Assembly: GCA_964035545.1 (NCBI GenBank)
Contig: OZ037767.1
Span: 14,574,998 to 14,638,997, forward strand
DNA length: 64,000 nt
Direction: 5' to 3'
From: Bugula neritina
Lineage: Eukaryota; Animalia; Bryozoa
The position numbers and the translations under genes were made by a program. Positions 36,301-53,700 of the stretch are shown here, piece after piece. Position 1 is the stretch's first letter. Each line of letters starts with the position of its first letter. The notes below the pieces were generated by a model, which did not search any database, was not told where the DNA came from, and saw nothing but the letters and a program-made list of their open reading frames with translations.

Positions 36301-39300
36301 ATTCTCCACCCGTCTTTTGCCATGGACTGAGTTAAACCTGAGCCTATAATCATCTGTCTTGATTATCTCCAGTCAAAACTTGTTTATATGCAAGAAGACA
36401 GGTTAGGAATTTGCAGGTAAAATTAGACTGGCTCTTACCCAACATACTCTTTCCATTATAGTTGGGGTTATAAGGTACCCCCAGTTCTCCAGTGGCATTT
36501 AGTAGGAGGTCAACTATGCTATGGTAAGGCACCTCCTTGGTTACAGAGATGTAGCCTTCAGTTCCCATTCCTTCAGCTATAAGTGATACAGCAGTGTATA
36601 GAATATACTTACCACATGCCACAGGGACTAGCAAGCCCTTGTGAAATGCTACTATTATACATAAGTTTTTACTTTTCTATAAAAGCACACATTTATGGTC
36701 TACTTGTAAGTTACAACTTAGACTACTTATTGGTAAGTTGAAATACATTTCTACAAAGCAAAAAGCTGTTCAGACTTTTCTTGTTATGTAAAAGAAAGTT
36801 TGACAGAAATAAAAAAAATAACTATACAAGTCTTCCAAGATTGTAAATTGCAGCATGTTCAAGTCAGTTGTGCTTTCTACAGCCAGTTTGTATAAAAACT
36901 TTTCTACTTATGAGATATTTCAAGAGTAGTGATTCTCTATGATATATTACAGCACTTTGGAATTTGGAATTTGCAAAAAACTGTATATAACTATAATATT
37001 CTATAACATATTAGAAGTTAGAACAAATGTATTATAATAAACTTTAGAATATACTAGAACATACTAGAACTCTCTAGAACATACTAGAATATACTAGAAC
37101 TTTCTAGAACATACTAGAACATACTAGAACTCTCTAGAACATACTAGAACATACTAGAATATACTAGAACATACTAGAACTTTCTAGAACATACTAGAAC
37201 ATACTAGAACTCTCTAGAACATATCTACCTGCCAGTTGAGCATCATCTGTAGTCTCCATCTTCCTAAAGTATGGCTCTACATCTTTCCAGGACCACCCGG
37301 TGGCACCCAGCTTCTCCCACTCATCAAACTCAGCCGGGGCACCCCTGGCGTAGATCATCATGTTAATGGAGCTGGATCCGCCCAGGAGCTTGCCGTGAAA
37401 GTGGGGAACTTCCTGTACGTAGTACAAGCTGACAGTTACTATACACTTATAGTTACTATGCACTCACAGTTACTACATACTTACAGTTACTATACACTTA
37501 CAGTCACTATATATACTTACAGTTACTATACACTTGTAGTTACTATATACTTGCAGTCACTATACACTTACAGTCACTATACAGTTACAGTTACTATACA
37601 CTTACAGTCACTATACACTTACAGTCATGGCTTATGGACTAGTAATTATGATAAATACTTATAATTAAAATGACTTAGCTCAGAAATCAGAGATAATCCA
37701 GCTGATATAATTAGGCAATACGCTTGAAATATTTATATTCTTATTTATATATATAGAAGAGTGTTGGTTAGTATTTAGTAAACATTTAGTAGTAATCTTT
37801 AGTGTGAATGCTTTTGTTTATAACGTAGCTCTCAGCTGACATGCAACTTTGCCCTGCTGATTGTATATTATTGACTAGAGCTGACAAACATATCAAGTGT
37901 CACAAACAACAGCGTGTTCATACTGAGTAGGGAGACGTAACAGTATTAAATTTAAGTGTAGCTGAATCATCAAAGAAAAATGTTGTAAGAAGCCTCTAGT
38001 TATGATCGGAATAGAATACAGGTGACAAAGAATATTTATCACCTGTACTATACATGCTATAAACTCCCAGTCTTATGTTCATCTGTATGCAACTGTCTAG
38101 CTTGCAATGATTTGGATAAAATATGTATTTTCAGGTATCAATTTATCATAGTCAAATTGCTACTTGGTCATAAAAATAATGGGTTATGTTTTGGCCACAA
38201 AGCTGTACAGTAACTGAGTAAACATTAGTTTATGGAGTGCAATGGCCTCCCTGCTGAGCATGCATACCAGCTTATTTCTGTACACAGAGTAAGTGTCAAC
38301 CCTAAAGTAGTACTTACTATGGCAACACTTACCCCGTTGTTGCACCCTTTACCAGCATGTTTCTGGCTGACACTTCTATCTGCCCAATATAAGTTCTCTG
38401 AGAAGAAATTGGCAGCATTGAAGAGTGGTATATTCATCCAGAGGTTGCCACCTGTTGTATCATCCACCCCTGCTTCCAGCAGCAGTACAGAATGCTTTGG
38501 GTCAGCAGAAAGTCTGTTGGCCAACACAGAACCGGCAGCACCTCCACCTACTGGTGATGAGACTCAGGTAAAGGTACATATACTCAGGTAGAGGTACATA
38601 TTATACTCAGGTAAAGGTAGGTATACTCATTTAGAGGTACATATACCTAGTTAAAGGCGCACAGACAATAATTGCATTATGGGATAAAACTAAACTAAAT
38701 GAAAATCTACAGTAAAATGGCAAACAGTAGCAGAATTTCCCCATGCATATGTATTCCTCCCAAAGATACATCTGAAACTAGTCTAGTTGAAATTTTTGGC
38801 AGATTGTATGTAGATTCCTTGTTAAGTGGTGGTGGTAAGCAGTAAAACCTGCTTTTATTTTAAGAAGTGCAGATGTATGACTCATACATAAGTCATGCAT
38901 GGCAGAAAGTCAAACTGCCATCAATTGCCAATTGGCAGCCTACAGATTATGTAGAAGGTTTTGATAAAACTTTCACTCTACTGCCCACTATACAGCATAT
39001 TGTGCCTCTTTAATTATTCAAGTATGAAAATAATTATTTACAGATGGTTTGACTGTGGCACATAGAGTTCAAGAACTTCTCAAGACATGTATTTGTATTT
39101 TTAAAAAGCTTAATTCGAATTATAAGCTGGTGACAAAAATGGCTAAAGTTTTCTTCAGTTCTTTGCCAAATAGATGAGTAAGGAAATAATGAATGAAACT
39201 AGGAAATGATGTGAATACAAAATTCTTGGAGAACTTTCATCAATTTAAAATAGTTGTGTACAAACATCCATTCAACTTAAACAAATTAAAACTTCATAGC

Positions 39301-39559
39301 TGAAGAGAATTTTCATTTGCTAGGTTTTGAGAAAAGTTAATTTTTTCTGCAAATTCATAAATGCTCGTGCTACAGAAATGTGCAGCCTTTATGACCTTTA
39401 TAATCTATATAAATTAGAATTCATATTCTTACTAATAATGTAGTCGTAAGATGCCTCCCATGTGTTTCGAGTTGATGGTCTTCTAATTTTGTAGACAGCC
39501 ACAGCTATAAGTACAACAATTAGTACGACAAACAGCCGACTGTAGCTCTCTCCCACCAT
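33320..39559 (-). CDS. GMC oxidoreductase (glucose/choline dehydrogenase-like, FAD) with N-terminal hydrophobic signal anchor, 10 exons
   Basis: Exons 39559-39433, 38550-38333, 37412-37229, 36576-36439, 36343-36222, 35629-35462, 35002-34846, 34444-34239, 34065-33662, 33449-33320. Motifs: [98 protein letters not shown]. Confidence 0.95.
37040..37222. repeat. 10-bp array (ATACTAGAAC)n starting a few bases inside a GMC donor
   Basis: Direct reading. Confidence 0.9.
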
Positions 39560-40472
39560 GTCTGACGCATGCCATTAATCACTGACTAATGTCGTCCAGA
39601 ACTGATATTTTGTCAAGTTTTGTGCTGGACGACAACGCGCACGACAGGGGACAAAGCACGTGGACACACGACACATGATTGGTGGAGATAAGCTAGGTAG
39701 GCGGAGCGTATTATAGCTTACATAATTTTCTATCCATATGATCTACGACCACACACTGAACGGAAACTATAACCTGGGGTTATAGGGCAATGCGACTACA
39801 CGTGAAACCTAAACGGCCGCTACTTGCCTATACAAGCTCTCGTCTGCTCCCAGTGGACTAATAAGACTATTACGCAGAAATGTATTAGGAGTTTCTAATG
39901 ATACCATAACTGAGCTCTTTGTTAAATGTCATTACTGACAAAGCTACATAATAATTGTTAGGAAATCAATATTGAGCATTCTCTACTTTGGACATGCACA
40001 GTGAAAGATGGTTTATTGTAACAGGTGACGCGCCTGATGAAGCTATCAATATTATTACTTATTAGTCATGATATACAAATTATGACGTCTAGATATCGGA
40101 TCAATTCTAAGACTTTGAAACAGGCGGAGCAGCAGTTCGTTGTAATGGAGGACAACTCCAATATAGCAGTGTCGTGTTTTGTAAAAAGTTGGCCTGTTTT
40201 AACCACAATTACTATTACATATTATGAATTAAAGTAACAGATTTATTTCTCAATAATTGATATCAAAAGATAGTCAAGATAAAATCATATGGTGCACAAC
40301 AAAGGCAATAAAGAAACTCCTGTCAAGGTCTAGCAATGCAGAGGTGACCAAAATCTGTGTATTTTAGATTACAAAGATGATATGAAATTGAATCTTATGG
40401 TGTATATACAATTATATTTAGGAACTTGAACTGAGCAAAAGATTACAATATTACAGGTAAAAAATCTACATT

Positions 40473-44815
<4,343 letters not shown>

Positions 44816-45919
44816 ACTGGTTCTGCATATACAATTCCTAATCTGCATAAAATATAAAAAACAACATAAAATAATACGACTGATTTTTTTAAAGATAAAA
44901 TCGAGCCATTTGGATTTCAAAACCAACAACACGTTTCAAGCAGTGTATGAACTAATAAGAATCACATTCACTGATCTAGTTGTACAATTGCTGACGCAAA
45001 ACAGATGGAGGGTAGTAATGGCAATGACAAATGATTATCAAAATAAGCAAATTAACAGCATTAAACTTAGTTATTAACTTTTACAAGCATACCCACAGTG
45101 ACAGTTATTATTAATAATTACGATTAATTTAAAATCCATCTCAATGCCATCAGTCATACTTATAGTGCTAGTCAAGAAACACGAAACTAATATATAATAT
45201 TTAAACTGCTATACAGTATCAGTATGAGTATACTAATAAAAATCTGATAGCACATTTACCAAAGCAACAGCCATACTTATAGTCATACTGATACTCATAT
45301 GTAATACATATAGCTATAACAGCAGAAAAATCACTATTAATGTAGTATGACTATGCGTATTACTGTTACAATAACATTAACAGCGAATAACATAATTAAA
45401 AACTAAATTGAATATAAATGATATCACATAAACTATTACTATTAGTATTACTATTACTCAATAATTTACTGACATTTATTATTTAATCTTATTCGATAAA
45501 AATATTCATATTCAATTCATATCGGCAATATCTATATTAAATTTAATTACTATTGATTAATAGTTAAGTAATACTAATAGTAGTACTAGTAGTAGTACTA
45601 CTACTACTGGTACTACTACTACTAGTAGTAGTACCAGTATCAGTACGAGTATAAATATTTAATATTATACTTGTACTTATTAGTATTAGTATTACTACTA
45701 ATAGTATTAGTTATACTTATAGTTATAGTCTTATACTTGAAGTTAATCTTATAGTTATACTTATAGTTAAGTTATACATTAACTTAGTCTTATACTTATA
45801 CTTATAGTTATACTCATACTGTTATACTTATACTAATACTTATAGTTATAGTAATACTAATTTTAAGTTTCATCATCATGATAATCACAGATGAGATCGT
45901 TAATCTATGATATCATCCA

Positions 45920-46170
45920 CCTAGCTAATTTTAGCACTAGCAACAAATGAGAAGCAAAAGGAGATTGATATAACTACAAGTAAGACTAACAGTTTGGTCT
46001 GCAAGACAATAATTGTAAATTTTTGAAGCTTACGCCAAACATGTTGAAGTTGTGCTCAAGCTGCGCTACGCCAGATCCAATTTTTTAATGTCTCGATATT
46101 ACATTATATGCTATTCAGCAATCGGAACGAAGTGAACGAGCTAATAAATAAATGTCAAGGTTGTAAAGTA
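45920..46170. promoter_or_regulatory. Inferred shared bidirectional promoter of PRORP and DHTKD1
   Basis: Genes are divergent; both first coding exons are preceded by acceptors (near 44843 on -, 47780 on +), implying non-coding first exons; this is the main CpG-containing, non-repetitive patch between two low-complexity tracts. Confidence 0.4.
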
Positions 46171-46641
46171 ACCTTTTAACCTTTAAAAATTTAACCAATG
46201 ATTAAGCCGGTCCAGTTGTTAGTGGATTAATTCTTTGCAAAGTAAAGGAGTAGATTAAAATTTCCCTTCGAATACCTTTTACACAGAATGATACATTTCT
46301 AGTCAGAATTCGCAGCCACAGCACTAACTTGTTATGTTCCACATATAGTCATGATCATAATTTTATATATGGTTTCAACTTCAATGTTCAACTGCATCGC
46401 TCACTCTGACTCTCAGTCTCAGTGATCAGTGAATGTGATGCGGACAATCACAATGATTGTCACAATGACAATGTGAATGAGTGAAACTTAATCAGAATGA
46501 GAATGACTGATTTAGTTATTGATTTTGAATGAGAATGACAATTATAATGACAGCGAGCATGGCAATGTTGCTTAGCAGCTCAGTTCTCAATCAAAGTCAA
46601 TGTCATGACTGTCACTGCCAGTCTGAGTCTCATGATTATGA

Positions 46642-46818
46642 TGGCTCACATCTGATGTGAGCCAACTTATAAGTTAAATTTATTTTTAATGTGAAACTGA
46701 ATGCTGAGCCTGATGTCACATCAGGCTCAGCATTCAGTTTCACATTGTTTGTTGTTTGTTTTGTTAAAACCTTTAGACCCCTATATTAAAAATTAAAAAT
46801 AATTTTAACTTATAAGTT
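46642..46818. repeat. Nested inverted repeat/palindrome cluster
   Basis: Perfect 29-bp arms 46688-46716/46718-46746; 11-bp arms 46642-46664; 27-bp outer inverted pair 46664-46690/46792-46818 with one mismatch. Confidence 0.92.
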
Positions 46819-47599
46819 ACAACATTGACTGTAGTCTGTTGGTTCTAAGTTTAACTCGTGACTAATAGTAATTTTAATTTAGCTAAACTATGGTAATTAG
46901 AATAAATATAATCTATTAGTATTATGAATACGAATATCAATATAAATATGCATAGTGATAGTCGTAGTGATACTCATACTGATAGTCAGTGTGTGTATCA
47001 TAATCATGATAATGACAGTCATAGACTGAGAAAGGGATAAAGTGATAGTCATAGCCAATGTCATAGAGTTTAATTTGTATGCTGTTCAGTACCTAGTACT
47101 TAGTAAGTATAATTGTCATTGTTGATTTGTGTTCTAATAGATTAAATGCGATTTCTAGTGTCCAATACTCATGTTCAGACCTTTATTCTGGATTTTAATA
47201 GCATTCAATCACATATATATTACACCTATGTTAACTATGATTTCTTCAAAAATGAACTTTTTTTCAAAAAGATATCAAAAAACTTGTTTGATTAACATGT
47301 TTACATTTTTGACAGGAACTATTTTAGTGAGGGATTTGAAATGGTGGTTATTATGTTGAGTGAAAAAATGTCAGTAAAGAGATAATTGTACTTTACATGT
47401 ATTTTAGTTGGTGACCTAATAGTTGCATTTTAGCTACAGAAACATAATTTGGCATATGTTTTGCTCTTATGAAGCCTTCAAACCGAAATTCTCACTTTGA
47501 TTTCTGATTGATAGCTTTTTGTTTTTCTGTTGTTTTTGCTTTTCTTAACTTAAACTACGATTGAAAAAATATTTTCACTACTATTTTATTTATTGATAA

Positions 47600-47718
47600 T
47601 GTTAGGAAGAGCATCCAGTCATAATTGCTCCTGTGCCTCATCTGAATAAGTTCTTAGCCCAATTCAACAAAAACCTCCTCCATCAGAGGTTTTCTCATAG
47701 GGATAGAGATTATAAACT
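47600..47718 (+). mobile_element. 5'-truncated copy of the SINE at 43464
   Basis: 30-nt identity TGTTAGGAAGAGCATCCAGTCATAATTGCT, then colinear similarity through TTAGCCCA...CCATCA...TATAAACT. Confidence 0.75.
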
Positions 47719-47787
47719 TGCAAGAGTTTTTTTATTTTATTTGCTCCATTATTTTGTATATACATTCTTGATTTTTATAGCCAAGCT

Positions 47788-50700
47788 ATGGCTAGTTATT
47801 CCCTTATTTGGAGAATGGGATCTAGTCTCAAGTTTCACAGACTAAAGGTGAATTTGCGAGTTTCAAGTCGTACTTATAAAACAGAGGCGGCTGTTTTTGG
47901 TCACAATCCCTTATTGATTCGGGACCAACCAGTTACAGGTATTTACCATAGCTTACATTTCGAGTAAAGTCATGTTAATACTTCTTGAGTTAAGATTCAC
48001 TTCATAAAATCATTGTTGAAGAAGTTTTGTTTTAGACAATCAACCAAACTATTCTTAAATTTAAACTTTTGAAAATGAGACTTTAACTCTTTTCTTTGTT
48101 GTATAGTCTGGTATTGCAAAATATCTAAGAAATCTACTTAACCATGTAATTTCCTACAGCTGCTAATAGATATAAAAACGCAGTAAATCTGCTGAATAAA
48201 TTGTCATTTTTTTCTGGAGGTAATTTTCTAGGCTGATAACGGATTCATAACAATTTGAAACTGTTTAGATAAATGCATATTATGATAAAAATGCATGTTG
48301 GAGATCAACCAAGTACCACCCAATATTGTTCATAAACTTGTGTTGAACAGTTTACAACAAATTTTAGATTGAGTTTTTTTGTTGTTGAAATACATATTAT
48401 ATTTCCAAATTATACACCATAAATGATATATACTTGTATTTGAATATAGTACAAAGGTGATATTTATCATGCAGGTTTAGACGGTATAACTAAGGAAACG
48501 CTGCCTGTACATTGTCTCATAAATGGATACAGAGAATACGGTCACTTGCAGTCACGTGTCAATCCCCTGGGTCAAAGTAGCAAGCTTGACATTTCTTCTT
48601 GGTAAGGTTTGACTGGTTGGCAATATTCCAATAACAAAGCCTGTAGGTGTGAAATCAGTCCAATTGCTCCAGTGTTATATATATATATATATGTTTTGTA
48701 GTTATTTTAAACCTGCTAAGAAAAGTAATGTGTTTTAAAATGCGTTTGCATTTGTTGCATTTGAAAACTACCTTGATTGATAGTAAGTTTTTAAACATTT
48801 TCCTGTAATAATTCATTTTCAATACTTACCAGAAAAAAATGTTGTTTTATTATTTGAAACTATTGTTTGCGTGAAAAAAAACAGTAGAAGATGGTTAGCA
48901 TCTGGCACTTTCGATTCTTTAGACACCTGCACACTTAGCTCACAGTGTCTAGAGCACCTGCACACTCAATTCACAGTATTTAGTACACCTGCACACTCAA
49001 CTCACAGTGTCTAGAGCACCTGCACACTCAGCTCACACTTTCTAAAGCACCTGGACACTCAGCTCACAGTGTCTAGAGCACCTGCATACTCAGCTCACAG
49101 TGTCTAGAGCACCTGCACACTCAGTTCACACTCTCTAAAGCACCTGCACACTCAGTTCACCATACTTATGTATTTTTCCCTCCGCATAGATATTTTTACA
49201 CGTTACTCAATGTTTTTATAATCTGTTTCAGTCAGTGGATTCTTAGCCCAGAGTCTTACAGCCTCAACATGTCCGACGCTGTGACTAACCCACCCCCTGT
49301 TTACTCTCACATTATATCAAACGAAGTAACCACTGTATCAGATCTGGTGGATAAACTAAAGCACATCTACTGTGACAAGCTGACTGTAGAAGTAGCGCAC
49401 ATGGTTGTACGTAGATTATATCGGTTTGCATAAATTTTGTAACTAAATTGTTTCCTGTTTATTCTATACTTACTTTGCATCTCGTATTATAGTGATCTAA
49501 AAACATATGTTATGTTAGAATGTAGTTTAACTGAGTATTATATACAACTTATCTTCCTAATAAGTGTGCTCATCCCTGTACCAGGATTCAGCTGAGAGAG
49601 ACTGGTTCTGTAAGCAGTATGAAGAACTGCATCAGTCTGAATTGATGCCGGAGCATCGGCAGCAGAACGCTGTCTTGATGAAGAAGTCGCAGGTGTCACT
49701 CACTTTATCTCATTTATTTTTCTGTTAAGGACATAATTTATTCATAGTATTTTATCACTGGCCGTTTTGGGTGCCGTCGGTTTTATTTCTTGGTTAGCCT
49801 TAACTTCAAAACTTGTTTAAAGTGTGTCTGAAGACTGTCATAAAATATCTCGTACTTTTAATCAGTCTGATCGGCTCTGAAGATGGAGTTGGACAGGTTG
49901 AAGGGGGTTTAAGGAAAATACAGCATTTTTAGCTGTTTAATAGAATAGTAGTAGTATTTATTTATTGTGAGATGAAATTAGTAAGTTGCGTATGTTGAAA
50001 TATTACAGCATCTACTCTGTTAACAATATTTAAGCTAGAAGGTCATCATGTAAGGTAAACTCTTGGTAAGCCTTCCTTTTATGTGATAGTGCAGTTAGCA
50101 AGAGCTTAGTTAGCAGGGGTGTAGTTAGCAGGGGCGTAGTTAGCAGGGGTGTAGTTAGCAGGGGTGTAGTTAGCAGGGATGTAGTTAGCAGGGGTTTAGT
50201 TAGAAGGGGTGTAGTTGGCAGGGGTTCATTCTGCACTGAAGGGTTCAAACCTATTGTGTTTACTTTAGTTTTTAAACTTGTTGACTGGTTTCGTCTATGG
50301 TTTGTGGCTGTTTCCTTGCTGAAGTAACTTTGTAAAGTACTTTTTAAGCTCTTTTACCTGTGTCTAGATGTTACCAACTACCGTAAACTAAACACATGTA
50401 TCAATGTGTATGTTACACGTTTCATTGTGGTATTTCAGGTGTTTGAACAAATACTAGCCTCCAAGTTTACTACTCTAAAGCGATATGGTGGGGACGGGTG
50501 TGAATCGTTGATCGCTCTGTACAACGAGATCTTTAGAGAGTCTGCCACAGGTATTCATATCTACATATATTCATATCTATAACTACTTTATATTCATATC
50601 TATATCTACTCTATGTTCATATCTATATCTACTCTATATTCATATCTATACCAGCTCTATATTCATATCTATACCAGCTCTATATTCATATCTATACCAG

Positions 50701-53700
50701 CTCTATATTCATATCTATATCTACTCTATATTCATATCTATACCAGCTCTATATTCATATCTATACCTACTCTATATTCATATCTATACCTACTCTATAT
50801 TCTTCTATGATAGGAGGTGTCGATAAGATTGTCATTTGCAGTGCACATCGAGGTAGACTCAATCTCCTCACCACATTCCTTGGACTCTCGCCAGCTCAAG
50901 TATTTCGCAAAGTTCAAGGTCACCGGGAGTGGCCGGAGGAAGTGAAAGGATGTGGCGATGTTCTCTCCCATTTGTGTGAGTCTCATTCATTTTACTTCTA
51001 CTTTGTAAAAGTAGAGACCCTAACAGGTGCTCACAACTCCAAAATGATGATATATTTAAGTGGCGTAGTGCTGAACTTGGATCCATTCATCTCTCTAATG
51101 TCGAGTTATTTTCTGTTGAAGTCGCCATTTATTTGCATCATTATTTGACCGATTTCAGTATAAATCCATAGTCAAAAGGACACTTTCGGGTTTTTTAACA
51201 TTGTTGGCTTGATAATGTTTATAGCAAAACCTATCGAGGTGTGTTCAACTTTGTCATAGTCATCATTGAATTCAATAAATTCATTATTTTTTAACATAAA
51301 CTAAGAGTCCATGAATATTCATTGTTTCTCTTTGTGTGTTATACGATAAAAAATATGCTACTGTTGGTTTTAATGATTTGTTAATACCTGGATTTTAAGA
51401 GTTATCTATCCATCTGCCTTTTGTAACAATGAATAGAATCTCATCAATTATTTACTGCGGAGCTCAAGTTTTACTGAATATTTGTCTCTTATTCACGCCA
51501 CCTAACACTAGCTCAGTTTGTTCGGTGTCTTCACTGTGTGCTAAATGTCTGTTAGTCATAATATTGAAGCAATAGTCCTATTTTACTCATGTAGGTGAAG
51601 AGTGGAAGACTAGTTGAGGTATTGTTGCGATTTGATTGGCTAACTGCTAGATAATTAAACCAATGCTATTTTCACTGACTGAGTAATCATTGCTTGGGAA
51701 TAACATTTCCCGTGATTTTATTTGTTGAAGTTTTATTTTTAAACCTTTTAATACTCATAGATCCAATCATATCACAGAATTGTGTCCCCTGTTCTGCTTG
51801 CACAGTAAGAGCAACTCTGTACAATGTGTTGATACCTTTCACTAGTGTGACTGACACATACTGACATCACAGTACGCCAATTTTTGACCACATGCCTTTG
51901 CGATGACTCATAGACTGTATGTGGCGCTCGATATTCAGCTGCTAGTCGCTAGAAAGTTGTTTCTCTTTCCCGTTCACCAACAGGAAGTCCACCAACTGTT
52001 CTGTATATTGTAGCCAGTGGCAAAACTCTAGAATATGCTGATGGAGAGGTCTATGTTACTATGATACCCAACCCCTCGCACTTGGAGGTTAGTTTAACAG
52101 GCTGCATATAGCAATACTGTTCTAAGTAATATCAGTATTATCAGGGTACACTCTTCTAAGTAATACCAGTGTTGTCAGGGTACACTATTCTAAGTAACAT
52201 CAGTATTGTCAGCATACACTGCTAGCTAGTATCAGTATTGTCATGGTACACCACTCTAGTTAATATCAGAGTTGTGTTTGTTCCACTGCTAGGCGTGTAA
52301 CCCAGTTGCGGCAGGTAAGACTCGGGCTAAACAGAGACTTGCAATGGACGGGGACTACAGTACCCACCCTAATGACACCCAGACTCACCGAGCTCTCTGT
52401 CTACAGATCCACGGAGATGCTGCCTTTGCCGGTCAGGTATGTAACCATGACCTATATCCTCTGCACCAATCGGCTACTGCGTTACATCCCCAATATAATT
52501 GTGTGACAAATATAGACCCTCATGGTTTTACATATTATATTACCAATCAGTTACTGTGTTGAAATCATGTGACAGTTTAGAGCCAATCAACTGCTCTAAA
52601 GCTAGTTTATTAGACCTCTTAAATAGCTAGACCACCCACAAAGCTAGACCACCCACATAGCTAGACCACCCACATAGCATTCTCATTTAGTGCAGATTAT
52701 TTACCCTGTATTCTTGCTTGTTGGTAGGGGGTGATACAGGAAACTCTGGCACTCAGCGGAGTTCCTCACTTTAATGTGGGAGGTAGTATTCACGTCGTCA
52801 TCAACAATCAGTTGGGATTCACCACAGAGGCTGAGCGTGGAAGGTGAGGACAGAGAACAGAGCTACCTGAACCAGCAATCAAGTTGTTTGTTGATAAAAG
52901 TGAAGCTACGATTTAGCTAAGCATTTCTTAGTAATTCTATATTTAGAACAATCAGCAAAAGCTACTATAAATTTCACACATGTTTATTCAAAAGAGCTGT
53001 TTCATCATACATATACCATGTTACTTGGTTATGTTAGTATAGTTCAACTTCAAACTGTTATATTTGCTGCCTCTTTTGGCTGCTTGTTATATTGAGACAT
53101 ACAAGAATATTTTAATTGCAACTGTAACGCAATTTGGAAGTTGTGTGCCCATGCATGTTGACTTAGTTATATAATAGTCTTAGAACCAGTGTTAGCAAGT
53201 GATTCTGCAACTCAGATAGCCTTTCAATCTAATCAAGCAGTTAGGTATGTTTACATTCATAGGCTATATTTAACAGTAGTTGTCTGCTTTCTATTGCCAG
53301 GCAAAACCAATTTGTTTTCTAACTCGTGTATCATTATAAACTATTGATGGGTGATTAATATTCCTTTGGCTAATCTGTCATTAAATTTAATTGGTTAATA
53401 GGATAATTATAGTAATGAGGTAATTAGTTGACATTAAGCAGTCTAAACTGGAACATATATTACAGCACTTAATACTTTGCAATGGATTTAGGCTATTTTC
53501 AGTTCCTGATTAACGTTTCAGTTGTCAGTAACTGTGATTTGTCCATCTGGAACAGCATAGTCTGTTAGTTGTCACACTCAGTAGTCAGTGTTTCATACTT
53601 GGGAATGATTAGTCTTAGTATAATAGCAGATGAAAGTGCCAGCTAATAGAGATTAACATTAATCAGTATTAGTCATCTAATTCCACGGGCATACAACTCC

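Noticed and set aside
44816-44932. Longer PRORP N-terminus given by the ORF track
   Set aside because: It crosses a pyrimidine tract and CAG acceptor near 44843, so it is mostly intron/UTR.
47843-48005. Possible transposon terminus AAAGGTGAATT
   Set aside because: It lies within the first coding exon of DHTKD1 (transit peptide).
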